64,000 bases of DNA from Eutreptiella sp. 'Long Island Sound 2002' (GCA_964036045.1 OZ038378.1:66836001-66900000), one strand, 5' to 3'. Numbered from the stretch's first letter, positions 12,200 through 25,050 are shown. The notes: a model not told the origin generated them from the letters alone. A program made the numbers and translations.

Positions 12200-12410
12200 C
12201 TGTGCCCGCCTGAACAGGGGCCTTGCGGAGCAGCAACTCCAGAAGGGTCATCTGAACTCCGACATACGGAGCCCCATAGAGCAGCGAGGCGCAGAAGCCT
12301 TTGTAGAGCGCCCCGAGCCCTTCATAGCGGATGATCGTGCTGATGCAGTGGCAGATGCTGTTGTACGTGACGCCAAGCTGCGGGCCCAACGTCATGCGTG
12401 ACTTGGTGAC
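12200..12410 (-). CDS. SLC25 mitochondrial carrier exon (VTKSRMTLG...YEGLGALYKGFCASLLYGAPYVGVQ...QAGT)
   Basis: CTGCAG| acceptor completes the second signature YPLE|VTKSRM. Phase-1 donor ACA G|GTCTGC matches the phase of the next acceptor. Confidence 0.92.
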
Positions 12411-13235
12411 CTGCAGCCAACAGCGCAGAGAAATACATGCAGAGCTAGGGCCGCGGCTAGGGCTGGGGCTAGGGCTGAGGCTTGATTCACGCCGTGGTGA
12501 AAGCCAGGGCTGAGGTGGTGCTGGGATTGGACATGCGGCTAATGGAGAGTGGCTGCACAGAGCGCGCACGGTGCGCAGGTGGCAGTGACCGTCATCACCG
12601 GTGTCCGCTAGCCAAAGATCGCGAATCCATTCCAAAAATCCCGAAATCCGCATCCAAAATGAAGAAGTTGCAAAATGACAACCCAAAATGTCTGTGAAAT
12701 GCTGGATGCAGGGACAGAATTGGGGTCAGTATTGTCGCGCATCCATTGTGCTGCAACGTCTTGTGGCAGAATTTCTGTCCCTGGGAGGTGTTTTTTTAAC
12801 CCATTTCGATTGGTGAAGTCTGTCTGTGGCTGCCCCTGCGCTTTTGGGGTTGTGCCCCTTTCATGTAGGGGCTCTTGCCTTGCAACGCCTTCTCTTGTCG
12901 CACTTCTCACCTTACAGTTTCCCTTTGTTGGTGCCGCGGATTCTTGGGGGTTTCCAACGCACACGGCAGGAAACCAGCGCCTCCCTGCACCGTGGCCTCA
13001 ACAAACCATCACAAGGTAATCATCCCCGGCAGCAAATTGCACAGGGCTCAAAACACATGGTTCAGCTTTGTATCCAAAGTTTTGTCAGGACCCGGAAAAT
13101 CGCTGTGACGATCAGGAAACGAAAATTGCATGTGCCTGGCATCTTCTCCACCTTAACGTTGGCATTGGGTCGGGCCAGGGCTCCAGAAGCAAAGGTGACT
13201 GGGCTGTTTTTTGCTTTGGGTGCACAGCACGACAC

Positions 13236-13511
13236 CTCCAGTGGGTACGTCGCACTCTGCTGGACCAATCCAGCTGTAGTCCCAGCCAACGCCAGCTGTG
13301 CCATGTCCAGGGTTTTAATGGACTGGTTGGGCCGCTTCACCATGTGCTTGAAAGTGTCATTGCAAGCGAAGCGCAGGGCATACACAGGGACAATGCGGAC
13401 AGTGTTGGAGACGTTGCCCTTCCAGAACGCGGCCAGGCCCTCCTCCTCGTACACAGTCCAAATCGTGGCCATCACCCCATTGTAGCGGCCACTGGCACGC
13501 AATACGGAGCC
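13236..13511 (-). CDS. SLC25 mitochondrial carrier exon (GSVLRASGRYNGVMATIWTVYEEEGLAAFWKGNVSNTVRIVP...SATYPLE)
   Basis: GCACAG| acceptor and GAG|GTGTCG donor, both phase 0; 92 codons; EG-xx-FWKGN and RIVP motifs typical of adenine-nucleotide/CoA carriers. Confidence 0.93.
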
Positions 13512-13599
13512 CTGTGCACGCAGAGGGCACACGCTGCCCGGTCCTCCCCTGGGGCCAAAGGTACCACACCGCACCCAATAAGCCAACAACCAATGGCTG

Positions 13600-14600
13600 G
13601 CCGGTTCTCGCCAGCACTCTTTTGCCTGAAACCATACGGCAAATGGAGGTCTGCCCGCAGTGACCATGGAAAAGCCCACCAGTGGATCTGCACCGCACTG
13701 CGTGCAGGCCGGTCTGCACAAACACTGGAACTGCACAAAACGCCGTACAACACTCTTTCGTTTGCCAGAAGACCAAGAGCAAATGAGTGCCATAATGCAC
13801 CCGAAGGGTGTTGCACCTGCCCCCACCCTATTGCATTCCACTGCGCAGCCCTGAGTGGTCTGGGTGTGGTAAACCACTGCTGGTTTTTGGAGGCCCACCC
13901 CTCCTCTTCCAAGCACAAACGTGGTGGCTGGATGCCTTCAGAGGTGCCCCTTAAATCAGAGGCTACAAATTGCTGCTCATGGCTGCGTACCAAAGACTGC
14001 AGGGCCTGTAAATGGCATAGTGACACTGGCCAATCCAGACCCAGATCACCTCTTGAAGGGAGGGGAATCATGCCATCACCTGATGAGCAAAATATGCAGG
14101 AAAATGTGAAAATCCTATTGCGCTTTGGGCTGTGCACATCGCCAGGCACAGAAAATGGGTCAAAGTACCATGGGGACCCCCTTCTCTGAGCACCCAATGC
14201 CCAAGTGAAAGGTATATAAGCGGGAGGTGGCCTTGTTAGCGGCCAACTGCCAGTGACCAAGAACAGGCCACAGCCTTGAGCTTCCTATATTAGCTATCCA
14301 GCTGAGGTGAGTATCCGGACCAATGTCATAGGGGACCACAAGGGCTCCAAGCAACCTGTGCACTGTCACCCCATTGCCGCCGGTGCAAAGAGCCATTTAC
14401 AAATGCACTCCCATTCCCATGTATTCTGACACCTGCACGGCTTAGTCTTTGAGAGATGTATACGACAAGTGGTAGGATCAACCATGATCAAACAAGATCT
14501 ACGTGAGGAGGCTGCCCAACCGGGGGACGTGTGTCCCATCAATCCAGTCAGGGGAGTCCTGCGCTCACCTGCATGGCACAAATCGGCTATTAAACGCTTT
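13600..14600 (-). mobile_element. Possible decayed LINE RT C-terminal region
   Basis: IPLPSRGDLGLDWP resembles the LPxxxGGLG motif ending non-LTR RT domains; surrounding frames are broken. Confidence 0.25.
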
Positions 14601-15076
14601 CCTGTGCACAGCTAGGGGCTGGCAAAGGGCAGCACAGTCAGAGACATGATGCTGGGAGCTGGGCGGAGCCACTAAACCCTCGGGATACAACGCCGCAATG
14701 TTGCATGCCTATGAGACTAGGGAGGTTCGCCAGAGGACATCACACTCCCTGCAGCTCCTTTTTGCACACACACACACACACGTTGGGAACCGCGAGACAA
14801 GAACGAAGCAAGAAAAGCGGTTGAAAGAAAACTCCTCAGGAACAGCAGAGCTGTCCTAGACGTCTTTCGGTCTGTTGGTAGAGAATGAGCAAGTGCAGTT
14901 CCGGACAGTGGACCTTTCCTTTTCCCGAGTTCAGTTCTGCATCGCCCAACAAACCATAAAAACCGCCCGCGGAGGAGCTCGTGCACTACCGTTGCCATAG
15001 CCTAGATTTATCGTGTGCTGGGTGCCACCACCCCGCCACACACACACAGGAAAACATTCAGGGAGGGCGGGGTTCG

Positions 15077-15148
15077 TGCAGCGTGGTACAGCGGCCGTGC
15101 AGCCGGCTGGTACCTTGAAGACCCGAGTTCGAGTCCTCCTCCGCCGGC
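15077..15148 (+). mobile_element. tRNA-derived SINE head or tRNA pseudogene (Thr-GGT-like loop)
   Basis: A box TGGTACAGCGG (15084), D stem GTAC/GTGC, anticodon-like loop CT-GGT-AC, B box GAGTTCGAGTCC (15125). Anticodon and T stems pair poorly. Confidence 0.5.
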
Positions 15149-15839
15149 AAGCAGAGGAGGACTACGAGGAGGAGATGCGCCACCCGGCGGACGCCGGTAG
15201 CAGTGACGGGGCGCGCTGCTGCAGGTGTGCCGTGCTTGGTGCCTCGTTTTTTTTTGTGTGTTTTCTCAGACATGCAAGGGAAACATTCATGGTGGGGGAG
15301 GCCGGAAGGATGGAGAGATGCACACACACACACACACACACGTACTACTTGCCGACACGTTGGCGTTCTGTGTGGCAGGGAGTGCCCTGGGCTGACTCGG
15401 TGCTAGGAGGGAGGGGGGGGATTCCCAAAAAGACTAGTGCATCAAACTATTTTTCGCCCTTGACAAGTCAAAAGTCGAAGAATCTGGGACCTATTTTTTT
15501 TATGATAGTTATCACCCATCTACAGCATGTTTTAGGCCCTCTTGCATGCAAGGGTGATTCAGGCCGTTATTTGTGATGGTGAAGATAGTTCTACCATGAA
15601 TGCTCCACTTTGTCAGACTCTGCCCTATCAACTCAAGTTGGTGGTGTAGTGAACCATTGTGGCTACCAAGGGTAACAGGAAATCAGGGCGTGATTCCCGA
15701 AAGGGAGCCTAAGAAGTGGCTACCATCGCCAAGGTGAGCAGCACACACGCATTGTCAACAACCGACATGGGGCTGATGGGTATCGAGCCGCTGCAGTAGG
15801 CTATCTGCTAGCCTTCACGACAGGGGGCGCTCGTGTGGG

Positions 15840-18800
15840 GTGCTTCTAGATTCTAACCCCCTGTTGGCGGTCACCATGCCCGTCTTGCATGGGTTCGGAC
15901 TGCCGCAGCATGAAGCCCCCTTCAGCATTGGCCGATACAGTCATGCCTCTTACACGTGCACAAACCACTTCCAAGCCGTCCATGGATGCACCAGTGGACC
16001 ACTCGGCACATCCAAAGCAAATGTGGCATGATTGCATGAAACGGTGCGGGATGGCAAAGGATGGACCTTATGTGGAAACGGTTGTTTTGCGTGCCTTAGT
16101 GTCCACAAAGGGCATCGGAGTGCGTGTGCCCCCAGGTGGCCACAAGCAATCGGCGGTAAACTTTGCCGTGGAACCGCACAGTTGTGGCTTTGATTAGCAG
16201 AGATGGGTCTGTCCTTCGTGATGCGTGTGGACACACCACAAGTGCAATTATCTGACCGCTATGGGGTCTAGAGCGGCAACGGCGTACCACTGGTGCTTGT
16301 TCGTTGATCAAGAACGAGGGTGTGGGGAGCGAAGATGATCACATGACATTGTAGCCTACTGCAATAAACTACATCAGTCCGATGTTTCTCGCCCATAATC
16401 CCCACTATAGGATGCCCTCAAATTCACTCCTCTGCAGGGAATCACGGCTTACAGATTCAAGGGGTAATGCGGTTCTAAGGCGAGACAGTGGCGATCCACA
16501 TTAGCCCAGCTCACCCTGTGTAGTGATTGAGACTCCGCAATAAATACTATCCCGAGGTAGCAATGATTTACGACAAGGGGGCAAGTTTGGTACCACCACT
16601 TGCAGCAGTACCATGCGCAAGAGCGCATACAAATGTTGCCGCTGCTAAGACGCTCGTAGTCAACCCCTGGGCATGGGGCTGCAGGGCATCGGGCCGCTTC
16701 ACTGGGTTGTCTACCTACACACGGTCCCCGTGCTCGTCTTGCATGGGTTTGGACTGCCCCAACATGAAGCCTCCTTCAGTGGCGGGTGATACGGTCATGC
16801 CTCTTACATGGGCGCAAACCTATGCCGATCGGATCTCCAAGCCGGTCATGGATGTCACAACGAACAACTCAGCGTGTCCAAAGCAAATGTGGCTGGATTG
16901 CATGATTCAGTGTGAAATGGCAAAGGATCGACCATGTGTGGACACAACTGTTCTACTGACCTCGGGGTCTACAAAGGGCAACACAACGCAGGTGCCCTAA
17001 AGTGGCCAGAGGCAATACGCTCCGACAGTGCACTTCGCTGGGCAGCCGGGCAGCCGGGCGGTGCTAGCTTTGATTAGCAGGGATAGGCCTGTCCATTGTG
17101 ATACATATAGACATGCCACAGGTGCAAGTCTCAGACCGCAGTGGGGTCAACAACGGCAAAGGCGTTCCACTCGTGCATGTTCATCGGTCAAGAACAAGGG
17201 TGTGAGGAGCAAAGACGATCACATGCCTTTGTAATCTGCTACGGCCCACACTATTAGCCATGAGGTGGTGGGCCATGGTCTTTGCAATACGATGCCGTCG
17301 GTTTCACTCCTCTGCCGCGAGGAATCAAAGCGTACAGAGTTGAGCGGGAGTACGGTCTCAAGGTAAGATAGTCACAAGCCACAACGGCCCAGCTCACCTT
17401 GTGTGGTGGGCAAGACTCCACAATGAATACTATCCCAAAGCAACAATGAATTTTGACAAGGGGGTAAGTTTGGTGCCAGCATCCCTGGTACTACTAGATC
17501 CAAAAGTGTATACAAAGGTTGTTGCCGTAGAAAGGCTCGTAGTCAACCTCTTGGCATAAGACCGCAGGGTGTCCACCTGTTGCACAAGGCAATTGAACGG
17601 CCTTCAGGCCGGGTCACGCTCGTGTGGGGACGTAGCAGGATTCACCCACCCTAAAACAGGCCCTTGCGCCTGCCTTGCATGCGCCTTGACTACCCTAGCA
17701 CGAGGCCTTCCTCACTGGTGGTTGATATGGCCATTCCTCTTACATGGGTGCAGACCACCTCCGATCCGACCTCGCAGCCGGTCATGGATGCCACAATGAA
17801 CAACTCAGCGTGTCCATAGAAAATTTGGCTGGATTGCATGATTCAGACGGGATGGCGAAGGAGCGACCATGTGTGGACACAACCGTTCTACTGACCTCGG
17901 GTCTACAAAGGGCACCGCACGATAGGCGCCCCCAAGTTGCCAGAGGCAATATGCATCAACCACTGAGTTCATTGGGAAACCGGGCGGTGCTACCTCTAAT
18001 CACCGGGGAAAGCCTTATCCATTGTGATACACGTGGACACACCAAAGGCGCAATTCTCAAATCGGAGTGGGGTCAACAACGGCAAAGGCGTTCCACTCGT
18101 GCATGTTCATCGGTCAAGAATGAGGGTGTGGGGAGCGAAGATGATCACATGCCATCGTAGTCTACTACAACACACTACATTAGCTGAGAGGTGGTGGGCC
18201 ATAGTCTCTCCAACAGGATGCCCTCGGTTTCACTCCTTTGCTGCGAGGAATCAAATCGTTCGGGTTCAAGTGGCAGTACGGTCTCAAGGCGAGGCACTCA
18301 CAAGCCACAACGGCCTAACTCAGCCTGTGTGGTGGGTGAGACTCAACAATTAATACCATCCCAAAGCAGCAATGATTTTCGACAAGGGGGCCAGTTTCGT
18401 GCCAGCACTTGTAGTAATACCATATCCAAGGGGCTATATGAATGTTGTTGTTGTAGAAACGCCTCATTTAGCGCACGATGGCAAGGGATCTACAACACCA
18501 TATGTGGACGGGGATGTTCTGGCGTCAGCATCCATATACGGGAACACATTGTGGGTGCCGCTAAGTGGCCGGGGGCAATCCGCTCAAGTGGTGGCCTTCA
18601 TGCAAACGGGCACTCGTGGCTCGGATTAGCACAGATACACCTATCCATCATTATGCAGTTGGCACGCCAGAAGTGCAATCTTTACACCGCGATGGGGTCA
18701 ACAGTGACAAAGCTGTTCAACTGTTGCATGTTTGTCGAACAAGAACGAGGGTGTGGGGAGCGAAGGTGATCAAATGCCATGGTAGCCTACCACTAAAAAC

Positions 18801-19050
18801 AACATCATGTTGGTGGGCCATAATCTCCTCCACGGGATGCCCGCGTTTTCACTGTTGTGCGACAGGCACTGAAGGCTTACAAATTCAAGAGATAGTACGT
18901 TCTCAAGGTTGAAACTTAAAGGAGTTGATGTAATAGCACCACAAGAGAAGTAGTATGCCATTTGATTGCGATCAACACCGAGCAAATCAGAAGGTCACGA
19001 TGTAGTTGGGGTTAACACATTTAGTGTTCATTCCACATCCTATAGACGGT
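15840..19050 (-). repeat. 3.5-4 diverged tandem copies of a ~0.9-kb decayed coding-like module
   Basis: The block CGGCAAAGGCGTTCCACTCGTGCATGTTCATCGGTCAAGAAC...GAGCGAAGATGATCACATG recurs at ~16278, 17155, 18081 and 18705 (periods ~877, 926, 624). The GACAAGGGGG block recurs at ~16575, 17455 and 18380. Confidence 0.9.
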
Positions 19051-19649
19051 GGTGCCTAGCCGAGCTTGATTGGTGGGGTAATTTGTTTGGTTGATGTGGA
19101 TAACCAATGAGACCTCGAGCTCGGAATAGTCCCCAGCCTTGCAAACATGTCAGCCGTGTTACACAGGTCTGTGCCTCGGGGCGCGGAGGGTCCCAATGAA
19201 AGCACGGGCTTCCGTAAAACCGCTACAAACGTTGGTAGCCCTGGTGTGAAACGAAAACAAGTGGCAGCTAGTGCAAAAACAAACAGCAAAGCATGTGCAC
19301 GTAGCGGGAGGAGGGTGCGAATGAAAAACCATGGTACGGCAAACAAGCAATGGAACATGTGTTTTAGTCACGAAAAAGGTGCGAGTGTGGTGTGTGTCGG
19401 GATTCAGTGCACATGGTTGCCCAGTGTCAATGGGGTCTTGTAGCCCTGAGTCCGATGCGGGGGGGCCTGAGACGCCCTCATAGGTCAGTCCAAGGGCCCC
19501 TAGAGACTAGCGTTTCAAGATCCGTCAATACTGGTGGTGGGCACTATCCTATCCCATCCCATCCCATACCTCCTAGCACACAATGACTAAGATAGGGTGA
19601 AAAATATATAAGGTAGGCCGATGCACTTTTTCCGTCCAATAATCTATGA

Positions 19650-20350
19650 ACGGAGATCAAGGAGCTGGGCCGGTGGGCCGACAAGCAGCTTTGGCACCCA
19701 CCCCTCATTGATGCCCCACTCGAAGTACGGCGGCTGAGAGAGATCAGCCGATGAGGACTTTGTCTCTTCTGTGGTCATCCTCATTTGTGGTTGCCGTGGC
19801 GACATGGGGAAGCCTTGGGGCTAAGCCCTGGATGCTATAGAGGGCGTCTCCTGTGGGAAGGAGACGTTTGCCCTTGGGAGCCCCAGGAAATTGTGGACTA
19901 CCAGCCCGTGTTCCGGAACATGCGCCGACCCGGCACCTGCGACACCACTGGTATCGGCATTGAGCCACCCCCTTGGTCTGCAAGGGGTAGGCCTGTGTAG
20001 CCCATGGGGTTAGGGCGGGGGTGGGGGGGGGGGGGGGCGTGCTTATGCCCGCTCTGCCATGCTACCCTACTTGCATCCCGGGGGGCCTGTGACTACCTAG
20101 GGATGGGGCAAGGCCCCAAACCCAAATTTTGCAAGAAGACCTCAAGCCTCGTCGTCAAGAAGTGGGGGGGGGTCAATGCTATGCTCCTTGGATCCACCCT
20201 ATGGTGCTTGTTGACCCACAACAAATCGCAGATGCGCCGATAGACATCCGGCATCCCAAAGGCCACCACAAGCCGTGCTTCCTCTTGGGTGGGGGCTCAC
20301 CCTCCTGCCCCTTCCCTTGCTGGCGCAATGTGCACACATTGCGTTGACGG
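19650..20350 (+). mobile_element. Decayed tyrosine recombinase of a DIRS/Ngaro-like element
   Basis: LWLPWRHGEALGLSP resembles box I (LRxGEA). SSSRSGGGSMLCSLD resembles box II (HSxRxGGA). Frameshifted. Confidence 0.4.
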
Positions 20351-22984
20351 TTGATCGCTTGGCTCCGGAGAGTCCGGAGGTTGGGGCCCTAGCTGTTGCG
20401 GCAACGCCCATTGTTGCCGTTGTAGTGGCCGATCCGGGGCTTGCAATGGGTCCAAGACAGAACACGGTTGCCCAAGGCACATGCATGGTGTGCGCCCATG
20501 AAGGTGGACGTGGTGGCATGATGGCCACAGCGCCCGGGGAGAACAAAGGCGCTTTAACAACGTGGTGACTCGAGCATAGCACACCGTTGTGCCGCTAATG
20601 AAACACGTAGGATGGCGGCTTAGGTGGTGCAATAAGGCATGCCACGAGGGGCACCGCCGACAAGGCTAGCAGTCACCCGCACCTCGGCTAGCAGTCACCC
20701 GCATCTCGGCTAGTAGGCGTAAGGGAGTAGCGCTGGGCTATCCTACATTGGGTGGGGAAAGGAGTCTATCAAGAACTGCTCCTCGCTAAAACCACAGCCG
20801 TGCATGCGCCTTAAGCCACCATAGCTAGGTCTTTTCAAAAGCAAATGTCACGCGCCTTGGCTATGGTGCCATGGCGGCATGTGCATAATAAAAGGGTAGA
20901 GCGCACAGCCACAGCAAGCTTACACTCAAGGGTAGCAACATAGCATCGATTGCAAGGTGCCCACTAAAGGATGACGCTTGTGGCGAGATGTGCTTGCAAG
21001 TGGCACATGGGCTGTTGTACTACTTGGGCCTGCTCCCGGAACGGGAGCCACATGCCGTGCGACCTGTGGTGGGGCGAGGCGGGCAACGCCCGCTACAAGA
21101 ACAATTTGTAATCCAAGGCCAGCTCCACCAAGATTCTGTCCCCTGGGCCATCCCACAAGGCGAGTGCTCCCGGAGTTAGTTCGGTGAAAAGAACGGCCCC
21201 CATAGCTAACCCTACAAGACTCCCAACCGCAAGCGTATCGGAGGCGCCGACGCCACTGACAGTAGGAGACAACATGCGTCGTTCCACACTCCTCCGCTCC
21301 CCTTAGGTGCCGTTCCCGAGGGAAGAGGGCATCCCCCCGGACCTGCTTCACCAGCCCAATCGACCGCCATGCGGGGCGCTTGGACAACCAAGATGGCATC
21401 AAGCACTTGCCAGCCCAACGGTGCCAATGGGTTCACAAGTAGTTGGCCAATGCGATAGAAGCCAGCCGGGCACTACCCCGGGGGTGGGGGGGGCACAGTC
21501 GATGCCGCTTATAGGTCCCAATACCCCCACTTAGCCCGTGCAGCCTCCCACACGGGGCAATTTCAGCAGATGTGGACCTCATCCTCGTGGAGGGGGCACC
21601 TTCGTTGGGACTCAGCACCATGTACCCCTCCGTCGACCGGGCGTGCCGGCGCCTCAGACCCTCTACCTCCCAGAGGAGGTACATCTGCTAAGGATGGCTA
21701 AGGAGGGAGCAAAGGTCCAACAGCCTACAGCCATCAAGACAGAGGGCCCATGGCGCATGCACGCCAACCCATGTCACGGCGAACACCTTGTGAGGGGCTC
21801 CACCATGGCCATTATTCGCATGTGTTGCCAAGAGCATTGCAAAAAACTCACGGTTTGAGCTCATGATTGTCCGCATACCTGTGATTTACGGGCCACTAGG
21901 CGGCCTGCAGACTGCATGCTTTTCATGCAAGTCTAGCCTCGGTGTCGGGCTTGTCGTGACGAAGATAGTCACCGGTGGTGTGAAGGACTCGTGCTTCATC
22001 CATGCATAGACACTTCCCTAATAATTGGACTAGGCGTCATCCAGCCACTCGCGCTAGGCTATGACTGGGTGCCACCATGCACCACCTTGCTCACGCACTG
22101 GAGGGGCAACAGGTTCACGATTTTGTTGCGCAAGGCCTCCACACAAAGGCCTACATACTTGCCTTCCAAGGTACGCAGCCGCTGCAAGCGGTCATGCGGC
22201 GCCTACAAGGCAAGGTACACATGCCTTGGCGCCTCCCTAGGTCACGAGTTTTGGCGCTCTAAGCGTAAGACAGCACACTCGGAAGCTGAGGCCGGTTGCA
22301 CACTCCTTCAAGCATGTCAACAAGCTGCCCTTGGTGCACCGCTGCCATGGGTAACGCCGTGCGTCTTGTAGATGCCATTTTGTGTCCCTGCCTTGCGGCT
22401 AGTCAGGACGGGGCATCCAGAGTGGCTTCAACGATCTTCGGGTGGCACACAGCGAGGGTGCACCTTCTCCGCCGCTCATGCCTATAGCCTCCACAATAGG
22501 TCAACATTGCATGCCAGTGGGGCTTCAGTGGGGCGACCACATGTGACTCCAACAACGCCAGCTCTCATCCCGCAGTAGCAGCTGCGCGGGCCGCAGATGC
22601 ACCAACTTAACGACGTTGCACATTCCCCGAATTGCACTGTCTAGTGGCGAAGTATACCCACTGCTAGGATCATAGTTAATTGCAGGGCTGTCCTTGGGCA
22701 AAAAAAAAGAAAGTTGTTCCAGAACAAGGTAACTTCAAAAGAGCCCGCGGAGAGTACATGTCTTCGCGCCGGTGTTCCCAATTGTTCAACCATGAGTCCC
22801 TAGCCCCCAATTGGTCTCAGCACACAACCACATGATCCTAGCCCGCATGTGTTGCATGATAGAATCACAACCCTACCTCACAACCTGCACAATTCAACAT
22901 GAACAAGAGCAATACTTTTTCTGATCAAATACAGTGATGCAGCGTTCGACCACCCGAACGTTCCATCGCCGGTGGCACAGCTGA

Positions 22985-23165
22985 TAACAAACTCCCTACT
23001 GCTAGTACAACCTCTGGAAGTGCACCCTGACACGCTCCATAAGCTCACCCTTCCTCCTGCTCACACTCAAACCATGCTTCCTAGAAATGGCCTTAAACTC
23101 AACTTTATCCACTCATGCAACCTCCCCCTCTCCATTGCCTTCAACACCGCCTCTTCGACATCATA
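22985..23165 (-). pseudogene. SAP-domain-like (Ku70 C-terminal type) coding relic with one frameshift
   Basis: VEEAVLKAMERGRLHEW-(shift)-KVEFKAISRKHGLSVSRRKGELMERVRVHFQRLY* fits the SAP pattern LxxLxVxxLKxxxxxxGLxxSGxKxxLxxRV. Confidence 0.5.
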
Positions 23166-24178
23166 CCGAAACACCAACTGCGCGGCGGGGTTAGAAGATG
23201 TGGAGGGGACAGCTGAGGGGTTACGAAGGTCAGAAGAGGAGCTACTGGCAACTGCACCCGCCTGCTCCTCGGCAACGGGTTGGTCAACAACATGAGTGAC
23301 TAAGTCATGGAGGATGATGCTTGCGTATCAGAGCGTGAAAGCAAACTGGAGGAGGAAGAGCACATTTTGCAAATATGTCCGCAATCTCCTCGTTTATGAC
23401 ACATGGTATAGTTTTTGACGGGCGGAGTGGTTCCGTGCAGTGGCGTGTGTGTACGTGCTAGTGGTCTCCACATGTGCACTGCGCAACAACACGCTATCTC
23501 CCACGCACAAACCGTATGTTCGTTTGTCTACAATAAGGTGATATGTGTACCACTACCCGCAAACCGCTACAAGGGTGACAAGAAGGAGAGATCATGTACT
23601 CCTAGATGAAACCCCGCGAGCATGTCTTACCCAACAACAGCGCTGTTGTGCGTCCTCCACGGGCCCGTGGGCGTCCCGAAGAGGAGGAATTTCGGGACGA
23701 CTTTCTTTGGGGGACGCGGGCATCTTTGTGTAGTTGGACCTATGTGCACTCAAAGTCCGACCGCAGCCCAAGGTAGATGCTAACCAACTCGCGGCAACCG
23801 TGTGGCACTCCATGAATTGGTGCCACGTGCTATTTCATTTGGGCCCAAGCTTAATCATTCCACATGTCCATGCAAAATTCATCGTGTCTTGGCGGCCTGC
23901 ACCAAATCGCGCTCCCCAGGACAAAGCGCTGCATTATAAGGTGCGCCACGGGTTAGCAATGCATTTCATTAGGGCCCATTTCAGCTTACCCCGAGCAAGC
24001 TACACCAAGTGCCGCCCACAACCTGGGTGGTTGTTGGCATAGTGGCAGGCGGATGCGGACCATCAACAAGCAGCAGCCACAAGGTCCACTCCTACGTTGA
24101 GATGCAGGGGCGCAACCGTGCCGCAATGTTAAGCTGCTGGTGGATACCAGCCTGGCTGCCTTGCTAATGCAATGAACC

Positions 24179-24225
24179 AGGGCCGTCCTTAAGGGAGGAG
24201 ATTTTTTTTTGTTAAGGACAGCCCT
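24179..24225. mobile_element. 47-bp mini-MITE of the AGGGCTGTCCTTAA family
   Basis: AGGGCCGTCCTTAA...TTAAGGACAGCCCT inverted ends. The same end occurs at 2276 and 22684. Confidence 0.6.
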
Positions 24226-24339
24226 CAAAGATACCCCCTAGAGGCCTTTTTGCCCCGGCCGAACGTGGGCCATGTCGACCCCCTTTTTGGGGATCGCCGA
24301 GAAAGGAGGTGTTACGAAGTAATTCCGGCCCTCTTTTGG

Positions 24340-24830
24340 GCACCACTTCTTATTTTGCCCCCCGCTGTGAAGAGCTGGGGATCCCCGAGACGGCGGGGTG
24401 ACATAGCCACTTTGCCCACAAGTGGGCCACTTCTGATGTTGCTCCCCGCTCTGAAGCGGTTCGGATCCCCGAGACGGCACGGGTGACGTAGCCACTTCGC
24501 CCACAAGTGGGCCACTTCTGATTTTGCCCCCCGCTCTGCAGCGGTGGGGATCCCCGAGACGGCAGGGGTGACGTAGCCATTTTGCCCATTTGTGGGCCAC
24601 TTCTGATTTTGCCCCCCGATTTGCAGCGGTGGGGATACCCGAGACGGCAAGGGTGACGTAGCCACTTTGCCCACTTGTGGGCCACTTCTCATTTTGCCCC
24701 CCGCTCTGAAGCCGTGGGGATCCCCGAGGCGGCGGGGGTGACGTAGCCATTTTGCCCACTTGTGGGCCACTTCTGATTTTGCCCCCCGCTCTGCAGCGGT
24801 GGGGATCCCCGAGACGGCAGGGGTGACGGC
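24340..24830. repeat. ~6 tandem copies of an ~85-bp unit (GGGGATCCCCGAGACGGCAGGGGTGACGTAGCCACTTTGCCCACTTGTGGGCCACTTCTGATTTTGCCCCCCGCTCTGCAGCGGT)
   Basis: Directly visible tandem units. Related units occur at ~45590-45720, 53715-53830 and 54110-54212. Confidence 0.95.
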
Positions 24831-24879
24831 CTTGCTGACATGGTGCGACCCTAGGGGAGGGAGGGGGGGAAGGGAGTGA

Positions 24880-25050
24880 AACCGCTGATGATGACCCTGA
24901 TGCAGCGAATGCTCAGCTGTACGATGACACCGTCCGGACGATGTTTGACCAGCTGGGCGTTGAGTGGAAGGTGATCGAGGAGCGCATCATCGCAGTGGTC
25001 TCGGATGGTGCTGGCATTCCAGGGGGTGGGAGGAATCGTTGGGTGTTGAC
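24880..25050 (+). mobile_element. hAT transposase catalytic-core fragment
   Basis: LYDDTVRTMFDQLGVEWKVIEERIIAVVSDGAG matches the LGxxWxxLxxxxSDGA second-Asp motif of hAT (ZNF862-like) transposases. Confidence 0.55.

Noticed and set aside
13068-14189. 373-aa plus-strand ORF
   Set aside because: It is antisense to a carrier exon and decayed TE sequence, with no recognisable motif.
15077-15148. Functional tRNA-Thr gene
   Set aside because: Anticodon, T and acceptor stems do not pair properly; kept only as a SINE head or pseudogene.
21300-22600. Possible DIRS-type RT/RNase H downstream of the tyrosine recombinase relic
   Set aside because: Only vague protein-like text, no catalytic motif I could place, and the order would be atypical.
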